Notes: generated by a model from the sequence alone, not told the origin. A stretch of DNA of 64,000 bases from Candidatus Marinacidobacterales bacterium (GCA_965219415.1 CBDCNP010000002.1:4416001-4480000), one strand, 5' to 3'; numbered from the stretch's first letter, positions 31,895-42,196 are shown. A program made the numbers and translations.

Positions 31895-33477
31895 CCGGCG
31901 ATGATGTTCCGCTCTTCAGCGCTGCCCGCGCCGTATAGCTCACGGGCGGCCCGGATAGTAGCTTCCCGCGCATCGGAGAAGTTCGAGCTCGGCACCAGAT
32001 AGAACATGAAGGCCCGGTAGAAGATCGACTCGATGCGGTTCATCTGGTCGAAACCGACGCCTTTTACCCGGAGGCCGGAGACCCGGTTGGTGCCGCCCAT
32101 GACCATCAGGTAGAAGGCGTGGTTTATGATGCTCGAGTTGATGTGCACGCCCCGAGCATCGAATTCTCCGAGATAACGGACGCTATAGTGGTCCGGGTAT
32201 ATGGAGTCGGCGCTTCTGGGATTGGGGAATGAACGTCCAAACTTTCCAAGTTTGACGTAGGCGTCTTCGAACAATACCCAGTCGGCCTTCTGGCGTCCCT
32301 TCCCGACCGGCTCGAAGAAGAACTCGACGGCCACCGCCATGATGTCCGAGATCGCCTCGTTAAGTGCCCCGGGCTCGCTGTAGTAGATCAGATCCGACGA
32401 GAAGAACGTGACTGCATGAGTAACCTCGTGCGCCACGATGTCGAGGGCGGCGGAGTTGTACGTAGATTCGATACCGTCTCCGTCGCCGTAGTTCACTGAG
32501 TTATCCAGAGTGTCGTAGAAGGCATTGTCGTATCCCTCCCTCTGGTGGAAAAAATGGACGAAGCTGATGATGCCCCTCCCGCGGTCGTTGACACCTCTCC
32601 TCTTGTGGCGCCTGAAGTAGTAGTCGAGGGTATATCCGGTGTACACGTGGGCATCCACGACGGCGCCGTCGTGCCACTCGTTGTCGAGGTCCGTGGCCAG
32701 GAACGAGTCTGTCTCAGCCCGGTAGTCTTCCCAGGTGGCGGTGTCGAAATTGATGTCGTAGGTCCTGATATCGAAGGGCCGGAGTGTGTCGACGGCCCGG
32801 TAAGTGCCGGCAGCCTGCTCTGAGGTCATCTTCTTCTCATCACCCCAGGTGCCGACTCCCAGGCCCACGCCGTCGTGCTGGCTCGAGCGAAGAGCGTTCC
32901 ACGTTAGGAGGATCTCTCCGGAGTGCGCGTCGATGAACACCGCCTCCAGCGTCTTAGCCCCTCGTACCCTGAGGTGGTACGCGAGCACGTAACGGTCATC
33001 GAGCGGCAGGACCACGAGCTCGACGTCACCGCTGACGCGGGCTCCCGCGGCTCTCCCTGCCAGCGCACGATCAGAGGCTTCGCTCTCGGTCAAGGTCGGG
33101 GTGACGTTGACGTCGATCTTGTCGTAAATGTTGCCGGTAACTGAGAGCACCAGCCCGGCCTGTTTTTGCCAGACCACCTGGCCTCCGAAAACTCGAACCC
33201 CTTGGTGGTACTGATTCATCCTCTCGTGGTAGCGGCCCGGGAAGGTGCCATCGGCCTGGACGCGCTCAAGCTGGAGCCGACCAGAAGCCAACATGAGATC
33301 GACCTCGCTTGCGATAGCCGGGACCTCAGCCGAGTCGCTTGCCCACATGGTCCTGGCTGAGCGGATAGATTGTGCACTCAGTGGGCTAACGATGAGGATG
33401 GCAGTAATCGAAATCAGCAGTCTCATCTTCGCTTCCTCCCTAAAAGCGTGGACGGTGGTTGCCGGTGTCAATTTCAC
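31870..33477 (-). CDS. Thermolysin-like M4 metallopeptidase with propeptide
   Basis: NAFY, DIVAHEVTH, GALNEAISD, GVHINSSIINHAFY. Confidence 0.94.
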   Translation of the reverse strand: MKLTPATTVHAFREEAKMRLLISITAILIVSPLSAQSIRSARTMWASDSAEVPAIASEVDLMLASGRLQLERVQADGTFPGRYHERMNQYHQGVRVFGGQVVWQKQAGLVLSVTGNIYDKIDVNVTPTLTESEASDRALAGRAAGARVSGDVELVVLPLDDRYVLAYHLRVRGAKTLEAVFIDAHSGEILLTWNALRSSQHDGVGLGVGTWGDEKKMTSEQAAGTYRAVDTLRPFDIRTYDINFDTATWEDYRAETDSFLATDLDNEWHDGAVVDAHVYTGYTLDYYFRRHKRRGVNDRGRGIISFVHFFHQREGYDNAFYDTLDNSVNYGDGDGIESTYNSAALDIVAHEVTHAVTFFSSDLIYYSEPGALNEAISDIMAVAVEFFFEPVGKGRQKADWVLFEDAYVKLGKFGRSFPNPRSADSIYPDHYSVRYLGEFDARGVHINSSIINHAFYLMVMGGTNRVSGLRVKGVGFDQMNRIESIFYRAFMFYLVPSSNFSDAREATIRAARELYGAGSAEERNIIAGWNAVGVQ

Positions 33478-33617
33478 GGCGGCTCGGGCTCAATAGTTGC
33501 CCTCCGCTACCTCTTGGGTGCTTCCGCCATCAAGTGATGGAATGGACTCCTCCACTGACATAGACGGCATCGATGTGCCAAAGTCAGTCGAATACGCATC
33601 GAAAAGGAGGAGTCCGA

Positions 33618-34649
33618 ATGAAAGATACGACAATCGCTGTGGATCTTGCAAAGAACGTCTTCGAGATTGCCATCTCGGGAGAAGCGGGGAAGGTGTCCAA
33701 GCAACTCCGTGTGAGTCGACCCAAATTGGTGTCGTTCTTTGCCAAACAGAGCGCTGCCACCGTGCTTCTCGAAGCCTGCGGCTCGGCTCACTTCTGGGCA
33801 AGGACGTTCCGAAGGTTGGGACACGACGTCGTCCTGCTCCCACCTCACCTCGTGAGGCCGTATCGACGCGGGAGCAAGAACGACCGCGCCGACACGAAGG
33901 CGTTGCTCGAGGCCTACAGGAACGAGGAGCTTCTTCCCGTACCCATCAAGTCCGTGCACCAGCACACCCTCGCTGCGCTCCATCGCCTGCGCTCAGGATG
34001 GCTCTCCACACGGACCGCACGCATCAATGCCGTACGCGGGCTCCTGCGCGAACTCGGATTCATCATCCCAAAGGGCGCTCACTTCGTCGTGCCCGCCCTC
34101 TTCGAACTCGTCGAAGACGCTGATTCTGATTTGCCCGACGTGCTCCGTTCGCATCTCCGTGATGCCTGCTCCGAGATTCGAGAACTCAAGGACAAGTGCG
34201 CTAGCATCGAGCACGAGCTCAAGGCGCTCACCAAGCAGCTTCCTGAAGTCCAACGACTTCTCGCCATTCCCGGCATCGGACTTCTGGCCGCGACCGCCAT
34301 CGTGGGCTTCGTCGGCGATCTTCGCCGCTTCCCATCGGGGCGCCGCTTCTCGAGCTACCTCGGCCTAGTTCCCAAGGAAAACTCCAGTGGCGACATTCGC
34401 CGCCTCGGACGCATCACCAAGCGTGGCGACTCCTACCTCCGTATGCTCCTCACCCAGGGCGGGCGCGCCGTGCTCCGCGCGGCGAACGTCAGCAAGAGCC
34501 CGCCCGACAAGCTCCGCGCCTGGGCTCGGAAGGTCCACCGCTCGCGGGGACACAACAAGGCCGTGATTGCTGTCGCCAACAAACTCGCCCGGATCGTCTG
34601 GGCCGTCTCCACCCGCGAGAGTGAATTCCAGTCGCCGGTGGCCGCTTAG
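33618..34649 (+). CDS. IS110 DEDD recombinase/transposase
   Basis: AVDLAK, LEAC, KNDRAD, LGLVPKENSSG, AVANKLARI; AGGAGG RBS before ATG 33618. Confidence 0.95.
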   Translation: MKDTTIAVDLAKNVFEIAISGEAGKVSKQLRVSRPKLVSFFAKQSAATVLLEACGSAHFWARTFRRLGHDVVLLPPHLVRPYRRGSKNDRADTKALLEAYRNEELLPVPIKSVHQHTLAALHRLRSGWLSTRTARINAVRGLLRELGFIIPKGAHFVVPALFELVEDADSDLPDVLRSHLRDACSEIRELKDKCASIEHELKALTKQLPEVQRLLAIPGIGLLAATAIVGFVGDLRRFPSGRRFSSYLGLVPKENSSGDIRRLGRITKRGDSYLRMLLTQGGRAVLRAANVSKSPPDKLRAWARKVHRSRGHNKAVIAVANKLARIVWAVSTRESEFQSPVAA

Positions 34650-34714
34650 ATTTAGAGGCTCCACTTTCGTGTTTTCCTTTTTCCCTTCCAAAAGAGGCTG
34701 CGACGATACCCATC

Positions 34715-34880
34715 CAACTGATGGCGTACCGGTCGGACCGGCGCGGGGTCAAGCCAATAGCAACACTGGCCCTAAGAGGTCGTTCAAAGTGATTGGCTCC
34801 TCGCGCGCGGATTTTCCATCATGGCCCGGAGCACCCAAGACGCTCCTCACTGAGGCCGAAGATACGTTTGCAGTCTGACC
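34715..34880 (+). ncRNA. Predicted bridge/seek RNA with target- and donor-binding loops
   Basis: Stem AGCCAAT/ATTGGCT encloses TAGCAACACT (34758-67), a hairpin and AAGTG (34787-91), matching the two target strands; TTCCATCA (34814-21) and AGATACG (34860-66) match the donor circle junction. RNA boundaries approximate. Confidence 0.8.
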
Positions 34881-35205
34881 CACTCGTCACGACGCGATGG
34901 ATGCGCAGCTTCGATGGAAGATTTATTAAGAAAGGGGCGTGACTAGAAAGAAAGGGGCTTGACTAGAGGAGTCCAGATATGTTGCTACGCCGTGTTTGAA
35001 TGCTAGTGTCAGCTGGCCTGCCTGTATCGGCGAACGCCATCAATAAGGATGTCGGCGTGCACACGAAGGTGTCTCTGAACGTCAGGCACCGTGTGGTCAG
35101 CCCAGCCCGCATCGCCGAAAGAACTGCGTCTCTCGAAATCAGGCTCAAACTCTAGCACACGAGCGGGTTACGCGGCAGCTACCAACACTTGATGGCGGAA
35201 GCACC

Positions 35206-35351
35206 TCTACCTCGAGCTCCCCGTATCCCTCTTGCTCCATGACTTCTACTTCACCTAGACGACGCGTCTTCTTGCGTTCCTTGACCCTTCGTAGCAGACT
35301 TCCCATATCGGCTCCTTTCTTGAGCGGCTTGATTTAGCTTTTGACAACGTC
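35206..35351 (-). mobile_element. Probable IS256-family left-end stub
   Basis: End GACGTTGTCAAAAGC, GAAAGGAG RBS, MGSLLRRVKERKKTRRLGEVEV cut by the D end. Confidence 0.5.
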
Positions 35352-35399
35352 ATCAAACCACCCGAGAGGGAGCCGTTTCAAATTTCAACTAAGAGTGGC

Positions 35400-35689
35400 A
35401 CACATTCCTTGCGGAGGCCACGCAGTTCTTCGAGTTCCTCGCTCGTCAGGGTTCCGGGACCGCCTTCACCACGGTCGATCCTGTCCTGCCTCACCCAGGC
35501 ATAAAGCGACGTCTCCGTCACATCGATATCCCGGGCTACCACGCTCACTGCCTTGCCGCTCTCCCGAACCAGCTGCACTGCCTCTGCTCGAAATTCCTTC
35601 GTGAACTGCCGACGTTTCTTTTTCTCTGCCATCTGAACACCCATATACCTCTCCGTTCGTTAGGTGTCCACTGAAACGAAGCAGGCCCA
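35400..35689 (-). mobile_element. IS3-family left end plus truncated orfA
   Basis: RRQFTKEFRAEAVQLV...VARD...LYAWV; end TGGGCCTGCTTCGTTTCAGTGGACACC. Confidence 0.85.
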
Positions 35690-35709
35690 ACTTGATAGAA
35701 TGCGCGGGT

Positions 35710-36162
35710 ATGGAAAAGCTCGACACCGAAAAGACTGTCAAAATACTAAATACGATCTTGGAGCAGGAGCTCGCGGGGGTTGTTCGCTACACGCACTATG
35801 CGCTCATGGTGACCGGCCCCAATCGGCTGCCGATCGTGGAATTCATGAAGGCACAGGCATCCGAGTCCTTGGACCATGCTCAACAGGTGGGTGAGATTCT
35901 GACCGGCCTTGGTGGCCACCCATCGCTCAGTGTGGCACCTCTCAAGGAGACCTTTCAGCATTCGCTCAAAGCGATTCTCCAGGAAAGCGTGAACCACGAG
36001 AAAAACGCTGTGAAGCTCTATATCGAGCTCCTCGAAGCGGTAGAGAATTCCAGTATCTACCTAGAGGAGTTCGCGCGCACCATGGTCGGGCAAGAGGAGC
36101 TTCACCAGATGGAGCTCAGGAAGATGCTCCGCGACTACAGCGAGGCATCCGGCGCCGACTAG
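35710..36162 (+). CDS. Bacterioferritin/ferritin-like protein
   Basis: ELAGVVRYTHY, ESLDHA, HEKNA, QEELHQ di-iron ligand pattern. Confidence 0.9.
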   Translation: MEKLDTEKTVKILNTILEQELAGVVRYTHYALMVTGPNRLPIVEFMKAQASESLDHAQQVGEILTGLGGHPSLSVAPLKETFQHSLKAILQESVNHEKNAVKLYIELLEAVENSSIYLEEFARTMVGQEELHQMELRKMLRDYSEASGAD

Positions 36163-36277
36163 CCATCTCCGCATTTCGTCGATGTCCCTGGTTCGAAGCC
36201 TTTTCTACGTGTGGGAGAAGCGGCTCGCACGGTCGAGGGCTACACACCAACATCTCCATCGACCAACTTGCCGATCG

Positions 36278-36766
36278 CGTCGTGTCCAAAAACACAAACA
36301 CACTCAAGACCCACGCGCCGGGACGCATAAGGGGAAGATTTTGTATTGCAGTAGGTTACATCAGATTCTAATATCACCGGTGTGCCTTCTATTTATTTAT
36401 CCGCGCGCACCAAACTTGAATAATCTCCGGTCTGCCAGCACCATGCCGGCATGATTTCGTCGTTGGTTCCCGCTCTCATCTCCGCCTTCAAGGCTCGTCG
36501 CGAGCTGGCTCTCGAGAATGTCGCTCTTCGGCAGCAGCTCGCCGTCCTCCGCCGTTCCGTGAAACGGCCACGGCTCTCGAATGTCGACCGCGTGTTTTGG
36601 GTGCTGTTGCGCAGAATCTGGACTGACTGGGAGAGCGTCCTCGTCCTGTGCCAAAACTCGGCCCAGCCGGCATCGACGAAAGAACTGCGCCTCTCGAAAT
36701 CAGGCTCAAACTCTAGCACGCGAACGGGATACACGGCAGGCGCCAACATTTGACTGCGGAAGCACC
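36278..36766 (+). repeat. Linker cluster: E end (36278), IS-C stub (36381-36641), hybrid MITE H = A end plus D1 right half (36642-36766)
   Basis: Matches other copies in the window. Confidence 0.88.
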
Positions 36767-36880
36767 CGAGTTCCATTCTTCGCCGCTTGTACGCTACTAG
36801 GTGGAGGACCGCGATATGCGTCTCCATCGCGCGCAATCGACCGAGAGAACGACGGCATAGCCTGTGAGAGGTAAGATAAG

Positions 36881-37837
36881 ATGCGACACTTCCCCATTCC
36901 CGTATGGATCGCTGTGCTCGCCACGGGCTCGTGGCACAACCCCGCCACGGCCCAGACGTCGTGGCGGGGCTTGGTGGTTGCCCCCGAATCCCGTTGCTCC
37001 CCGTACGATGCTGACGACTATCGGTATCCGCAGTCTGTGGAGGACCGGGTCATCGCCGAGCTTGGCGGCGTCTATGGTCCCTACACGGGCCGCTGGTTCG
37101 CCAACAAACGGGAGACGGACATTGAACATATCGTCGCCCGCTCCGAGGCACACGACAGCGGACTTTGTGTGGCGGATGAAGCGACCCGCCGACGCTTCGC
37201 AACGGATCTGCTGAATCTGACGCTGGCAAGTCCCGGCGTGAACCGGAACCAGAAGCGCGCTCGGGATGCCGCGGAGTGGTTACCCGACCAGAACCGGTGC
37301 TGGTTCGCAGACCGTAGCGTCGCTGTCCGCCGAAAGTACGGTCTGACGATAGACGAGCGCGAAGCAGACACCCTTGAACGCGTGTTGTCTGGATGCCAGT
37401 CGACCGACCTCGTCATGGTGGCCCGTGGTGCCTCACCGGTCGCTCAGGACATCACCCCGACGGCCGCCGCTGCGCGTGAGATACTCACCCAGTGGGACGA
37501 CAACGACGATGGCCGTATCACGTGCGCCGAGGCTCGCACCCATGGGATCGCCCCGGTGCGCCGCGACCATCCGGCCTACGCCTATATGCGCGATGGTGAC
37601 GGCGACGGGATTGTCTGCGAAGCGGGTGGCGGTGAGGCCAAGGGCGGCACGGCGCGCCAAGGCTCGGCCCCCGCGACCAGCGGCAGTAGCGCGCTCCGTC
37701 AGTACGACGACAACGGCAACGGCCGCATCACTTGCGCTGAAGCACGGCGCCACGGGATCGCGCCAGTGCGCCGCGGCCATCCTGCGTATCCCTACATGCG
37801 AGATGCCGACGGGGACGGAGTTGTCTGCGAGCGCTGA
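36881..37837 (+). CDS. Secreted HNH-type (DUF1524-like) nuclease with two Excalibur/EF-hand Ca-binding repeats
   Basis: Signal peptide, DIEHIVA...NLTLASPGVNRNQK..DAAEWLP; twice DDNxxGRITCAEAR.HGIAPV...MRDxDGDGxVCE. Confidence 0.82.
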   Translation: MRHFPIPVWIAVLATGSWHNPATAQTSWRGLVVAPESRCSPYDADDYRYPQSVEDRVIAELGGVYGPYTGRWFANKRETDIEHIVARSEAHDSGLCVADEATRRRFATDLLNLTLASPGVNRNQKRARDAAEWLPDQNRCWFADRSVAVRRKYGLTIDEREADTLERVLSGCQSTDLVMVARGASPVAQDITPTAAAAREILTQWDDNDDGRITCAEARTHGIAPVRRDHPAYAYMRDGDGDGIVCEAGGGEAKGGTARQGSAPATSGSSALRQYDDNGNGRITCAEARRHGIAPVRRGHPAYPYMRDADGDGVVCER

Positions 37838-37844
37838 ACGGCGT

Positions 37845-38009
37845 CCTGTCGATGACAAACGCGACGTAGACGAAACCTTGCCACGTCGCAACGTAGGTGA
37901 GATCTGCCACCTAAAGGGCGTTCGGGCGGGCTGCTCGGAAGTCGCGACCGACCAGGTCCGGTGGTCGCAACGCCGCCTCATCCGGGAGCGTCGTCTTGAA
38001 CTGCTTTCC
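37845..38009 (-). pseudogene. IS3-family orfB internal fragment
   Basis: DLVGRDF...VADLTYVATWQGFVYVAFVID, cut by the A end at 38010. Confidence 0.8.
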
Positions 38010-38086
38010 CGTCCTGTGCTAAAACTCAGCCCTTTTGAAATAGGCCATAAATCAGCAGCTTGGTGTCTGTGTTTGCGACCGGGCCC
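38010..38086 (+). repeat. A end plus IS-B leader stub
   Basis: Matches the start of IS-B at 26906. Confidence 0.88.
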
Positions 38087-38107
38087 TTAGCTCCTGGAAA
38101 CAAGATT

Positions 38108-38434
38108 TCAACCCTTGACGAGCTTGAGCGCCCTCTTGGCAAGCACGGTCACGACCCCGGCATAAAGAGAGGTACTGACCTGATCGACGATGGCGTCCAG
38201 GGAACCGCCAATCACTTGGATGTGACTCAGTACGTCCGCACCTGCAGTAGCGCCGACTGCAAGAGTCAATACCAAGTAGGCTGTCGCGTCCTCAGCGTCG
38301 ATCGCCAAACCGCCATACACCAAGCCCAGAACAACCAGTGCGAGGGCCACGATCCCAGCGGGAACTGCCTCAGCGGCCAAGCCCTGCACAATCGCCAATA
38401 GCCAGATGAGGCCAACAATGATTCTGATTGCCAT
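38108..38434 (-). CDS. Small membrane protein, unknown function
   Basis: 108 aa with 3-4 hydrophobic helices; AGGAG RBS. Confidence 0.75.
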   Translation of the reverse strand: MAIRIIVGLIWLLAIVQGLAAEAVPAGIVALALVVLGLVYGGLAIDAEDATAYLVLTLAVGATAGADVLSHIQVIGGSLDAIVDQVSTSLYAGVVTVLAKRALKLVKG

Positions 38435-38499
38435 TTTTATCTCCTAGAATAGTTGCGTGTGATGGCCCGCTCCGTCGGCCAGCCGTAACAGTCACGGAC

Positions 38500-38953
38500 G
38501 GGGTAACAGGGCCGCCGGAATTGTACCAATACGGGCCCGATGCGTCGCCGATCATCGAATCAAGCACCAACCAGGCCGTGGTCAGCAAGGCCAGCGAATG
38601 GAGCCCGGTGTACCCCCCGACCGAGTTCATCTCGAGCTACCGCGCCCTCCAATTCTTCGTAAACGTATACTACGACTTCGCGAACGACTCCCTTTGGACG
38701 TCCTCCGTGGGCGCGGGCTTCGGTATGGCCCGCACCAACCTCCACTACAGCAGGCGTTTGCTGCGCAAGGCGATCGCCCAAGGGTACCAGGACGTCGAGC
38801 CGCCGCTCACTGTCGCCGACAGGCCGACACGGGCCGCCGGCACGTTAAGCCTGCTGGAAACCACGGCCACCAGCACGCCGCTCGGCTTTCAGGTGCTGGG
38901 CGGTGTGGATTACGCCGTCGACGAACGGACCTCGATTAGAATCAACGCGCACT
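38500..38953 (+). pseudogene. Fragment of an opacity-type outer-membrane beta-barrel
   Basis: FFVNVYYDF...VGAGFG...GFQVLGGVDYAV; no start, 3' end replaced by intron sequence. Confidence 0.7.
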
Positions 38954-39426
38954 GGGCCCCTTTGCTCCACGGGCGTTGCCCCGTTTCAACGCTACTACGG
39001 ACCCAGCCGCCACCGTCTCGTCTTCGACCGTTTTCCCGGGGCCTCCGGTTATGCGGTCTACCTTGCTCCGTCGATTTCTCGACGGGACGAGGACGGCTTC
39101 TCCAGTGGCTTGGTATGTCCTTGTCACCGTGCTGTCCCTACCACCCCGCCAGAGGGATGTGCCTCATCAGATAGTCTGACAACACATCCTGTTGCCTTCG
39201 TCCGACACGAGAAAACTCGGCCTCTGGGGTCTATTTTTTTGTCGGGGCCACCTATGGGTTCACTTGTGTTACGGCCCGGTGACTCGCTCACCATCCTCAA
39301 GATGGCTTTGTCAGTCAGCTTCATCCGTCTCGTTTCCTCCACGAACGTGACTCAAGCTACGGGGCGCTAACTTTTTCCCCGGTGGGACTCTCTCCCACTG
39401 AACATGCCAGCCTTCGCTGGACGCAC
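38954..39426 (-). ncRNA. Group II intron, 5' part (domains I-III), no RT ORF or DV/DVI
   Basis: 5' GTGCG at 39426; GCCGAG-loop-CGAAGGC carrying EBS1 TCGTGTC; EBS2 CAAAAA; domain III-like CGTAGTAGCG..GAAACGGGGCAACGCCCGTGGAGCAAAGGGGCCC. Confidence 0.88.
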
Positions 39427-39458
39427 TCGTGTCCAAAAACACAAACGAACTCAAGACC
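39427..39458 (+). repeat. E end lacking its first 2 bp (5' exon of the intron)
   Basis: TCGTGTCCAAAAACACAAACGAACTCAAG. Confidence 0.9.
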
Positions 39459-39497
39459 CGCAACGCCACTCATCGCCGCGGCCTTGCTTCCTTAGGT

Positions 39498-40005
39498 TTA
39501 TTCTTTTACCGTGATTGTGATGGTTTCGCAGAGGCCGGGCTCGTCCAGGGTCCGGTGCTCGCCGTCTCCGAGCTGGAGCGCGAGCGTGTGCTCACCGGGA
39601 GTAAGTTTGCATTTCGATGACCGCAGAACCGTCCCCGAAGTGAACCCAAGGGTCGGCCTCGGGAATGAGCTCGCCAACGGGAAGGCATTCTGTATCGACA
39701 CCGATGTGATGGTGTCCGGCGCCAGGGTGGACGTCGCCCTTCGGCTCGAGAGTGATGTTCTCGGAGCCGAACTCGAAGGCGACCGGTGACGTGACGACTG
39801 CCCCTTGCTCCGGCTGGATGAACCAGACGCGCGGGGCGCCCGAGCCCTCCATATCCATCTCGTGCTCTGCCTCTTCGGTCGCGGCCTCTTCACCGCTTCC
39901 TCCGCCCGAAGAGCAGGCTGCCGCGAAGCCCATCGCGAAAACACAGGCCAATCCGATTGCGCAGGTTCCAAACCAAGTCGCCGGATGGCAGTGATTTTTC
40001 GACAT
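39498..40005 (-). pseudogene. DUF4399 lipoprotein, frameshifted near 39605
   Basis: Lipobox FAAAC, GHHHIGVD, HFGDG / LTPGEHTLALQLGDGEH. Confidence 0.82.
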
Positions 40006-40102
40006 TTCTAGACTCTCCTAATGGTCAGCGTTGTGCACCGTCCGCCTCCGTGCTGGCAGCGGCGGCTGCGCAAGAAGGTACCATCCTAGGGCCCCACAAG
40101 GT

Positions 40103-40557
40103 CGTCGTGTCCGAAAATTCGAACTGAGCCGAAAGACCGAATCCTGGAGGCGTTGTCGAAATTTGCGGAGACCAGCCGACGCGTCACAAGGTCTGCGATA
40201 GGCCCCCCCGAGCAGACCTCTCCTCCAAACCATCCGTTCCGTCCAGCTCGCGCGCCCGAACTCCTATGCCGCCGCGCGGTGATAATAGCGGAGCAAGCCG
40301 CCCAATCGCTTACGACATCGCACCTTCCCGTGGGGACTGCCGACGCATTCTTCCGCTTCGAGCAACGCGTTCCCGAGCCCTTGATGGTTGCGCTCTCCGT
40401 GATAATGATGGGTAAACTCGGCGACGGCACGGCGCAACGATGGCTCACCGAAGAAGATCATCCGATTCAGACACTCGCTCTTGATCGACAAAACAAACCT
40501 GTCGATATAGGCGTTCAGATTCGGAGAACGGTACGGCAGCCGAATGACATCTGTTCC
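40103..40557 (-). mobile_element. 3' fragment and right end (CGTCGTGTCCGAAAA) of another rve transposase element
   Basis: SPNLNAYIDRFV...ERNHQGL...RLGGLLRYY. Confidence 0.85.
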
Positions 40558-40705
40558 CGTCCTGTGCCAAAACTCAGCCCTTTTGAAATAGACCATAAAT
40601 CAGCAGCTTAGACGCCGTTGGAATCGGCGCAGAATCCAGGCTATTTCGCGCCGCAGGGCTGACTTCCGACCCATGGGGCTGGCGGATGAATAAATAGAAG
40701 GCACA
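40558..40705 (+). mobile_element. Hybrid MITE A-C
   Basis: Matches 11638-11786. Confidence 0.9.
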
Positions 40706-41816
40706 GGTCATCGAAACGACGAAAGTCGTGGGCGAGTTCGGGGGAGTCTACGCCAGCCACCAGCGCAACGAGTTCGATCGTGTCCCCGAGGCTACCCGGG
40801 AGACTATTCGCATCGCCGAGGAAGCCGATGTGCGAGTTCTTACGTCTCATCTCAAGGCGTGTCGCAAGAACGCTTGGGGCATGATGAAAGAGGTCGTCGA
40901 CGTCATCAACGATGCCCGGGCAAGAGGAGTCGACATCTTCGCCGACATGTATCCCTACCACTACGCGTCGGGAGGACGGATCATACCGATCGCCAGAAAC
41001 CGCGGCTGGGCCCCTTTTCATCTTCCGAGCGATATGGAGCCGTTCGCGGGGCTCAGAGAGAAGTTGTCCGAACGGGACCTGAAGGACGCAGAGAAGAAGT
41101 CTATCAGAGAACAGTATGTCGCCGAGCTCGCAAAGGCCCTGTCGGATGAGTCGAAACGCCAGCAGATAAGGCAGTCCGTACTGGTCGGCAGCCCTCAACA
41201 CCCGAGCTCGGTGGCCCAGGCGGGTTGGGATAGTTATCTGGTCGTCGTGGCGGAGAAGAATGCGCAGTTAATCGGAAAAATCCTTTCTGACATCGCGGCA
41301 GAACAGGGGAGAGATCCGTTCGATGTCGCGGCAGACCTCGTACTTGAGGAACCCGACCTGTACGTCGCCTGCGGCGTCATGTCGGAAGACGACATGGTGC
41401 ACGCGATGAAGGAAGATTGGCTGATGTTCTCGAGTGATGGCGATGCGTTGCCAATTCCGAAAGACACCGACGACCCCGTAATCGGTCACCCTCGCGCGTT
41501 CGGCAGTCAGGCCAGGGTGCTCCGGAAATTCGTCAGGGAAGACAAGGTTCTGACGCTCGAGGATGCGGTGAAGAAAATGACTTCCCTTCCGGCCGAGTTC
41601 CTCCAATTGAAGGACCGGGGCTTGCTCGCCGAAGGATACAAGGCCGATCTCGTGATATTCGACCCCGAGACCGTTCAGGATACCGGCACTCACACGGATG
41701 CGCGTCAGTACAGCAGGGGGACCGAGGCCGTGATCGTAGGTGGAAAGATAGGCATCGAGAGCGGCGAATATAATGGCGCGCTCGACGGAAAACTTCTGCT
41801 GCTTACGGAGAACTAA
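40706..41816 (+). pseudogene. N-acyl-D-amino-acid deacylase (amidohydrolase), 5'-truncated by A-C
   Basis: YASHQRNE, SHLKA, DMYPY, SSDG, HPRAFG, KMTSLPA, ADLVIFDP; N-terminal metal motif missing. Confidence 0.87.
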
Positions 41817-42196
41817 AGGATGTCTGGCTGCTCTGGAGAGTCGAAGTACAGTTTCTGGCCAGGGCTCAGTTGCCGTGCTGTTCGCACGATCCTTCTGGAG
41901 TGGAGAGAGCGAACGTTCGACACGTCTGTAAATACCGGGGGCATTCAAGGGGTCCGGCTAGCCAGGTGACTTTCTCCCTGCCATGCTTGGGCATGACGAG
42001 AGCCCTCCGAGTTCGCCAGATCTACGACCATAGGCTGCGCGATGCCATCGCTGCGACGGGTAATGCGGACCTGTTCCGGAACGTTGCGATCCCGGCATCG
42101 ACGCGACGCACGTGAGCGCGTGGCGAGGTGCGGCCCGTGGTCGCTTCGGTGGACGTTGAGCTATCGGATTGCTGGCGCGGCTGTTGAAGCTTCGTG

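Larger units (their letters stand above)
33537..34981 (+). mobile_element. IS110 family, IS1111 group; sub-terminal IR TGGACTCCTC / GAGGAGTCCA, TG core
   Basis: Boundaries defined by the empty site at 8644-8654; long 3' non-coding region; TTGACT near the right end would pair with TGGAAT across the circle junction. Confidence 0.93.
33517..35205. mobile_element. MITE D1 copy interrupted in its left TIR by an IS110 element
   Basis: Removing 33537-34981 restores a sequence closely matching 8629-8874. Confidence 0.92.

Noticed and set aside
34719-34728. TGATGGCG match between the IS110 non-coding region and the D TIR (CGCCATCA)
   Set aside because: Lies outside the guide loops, in a segment resembling common IS1111 scaffold sequence; probably coincidental.
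39212-39222. AAAACTCGGCC in the intron, identical to part of the A end
   Set aside because: Overlaps the structural GCCGAG motif next to EBS1; no positional logic for targeting A.
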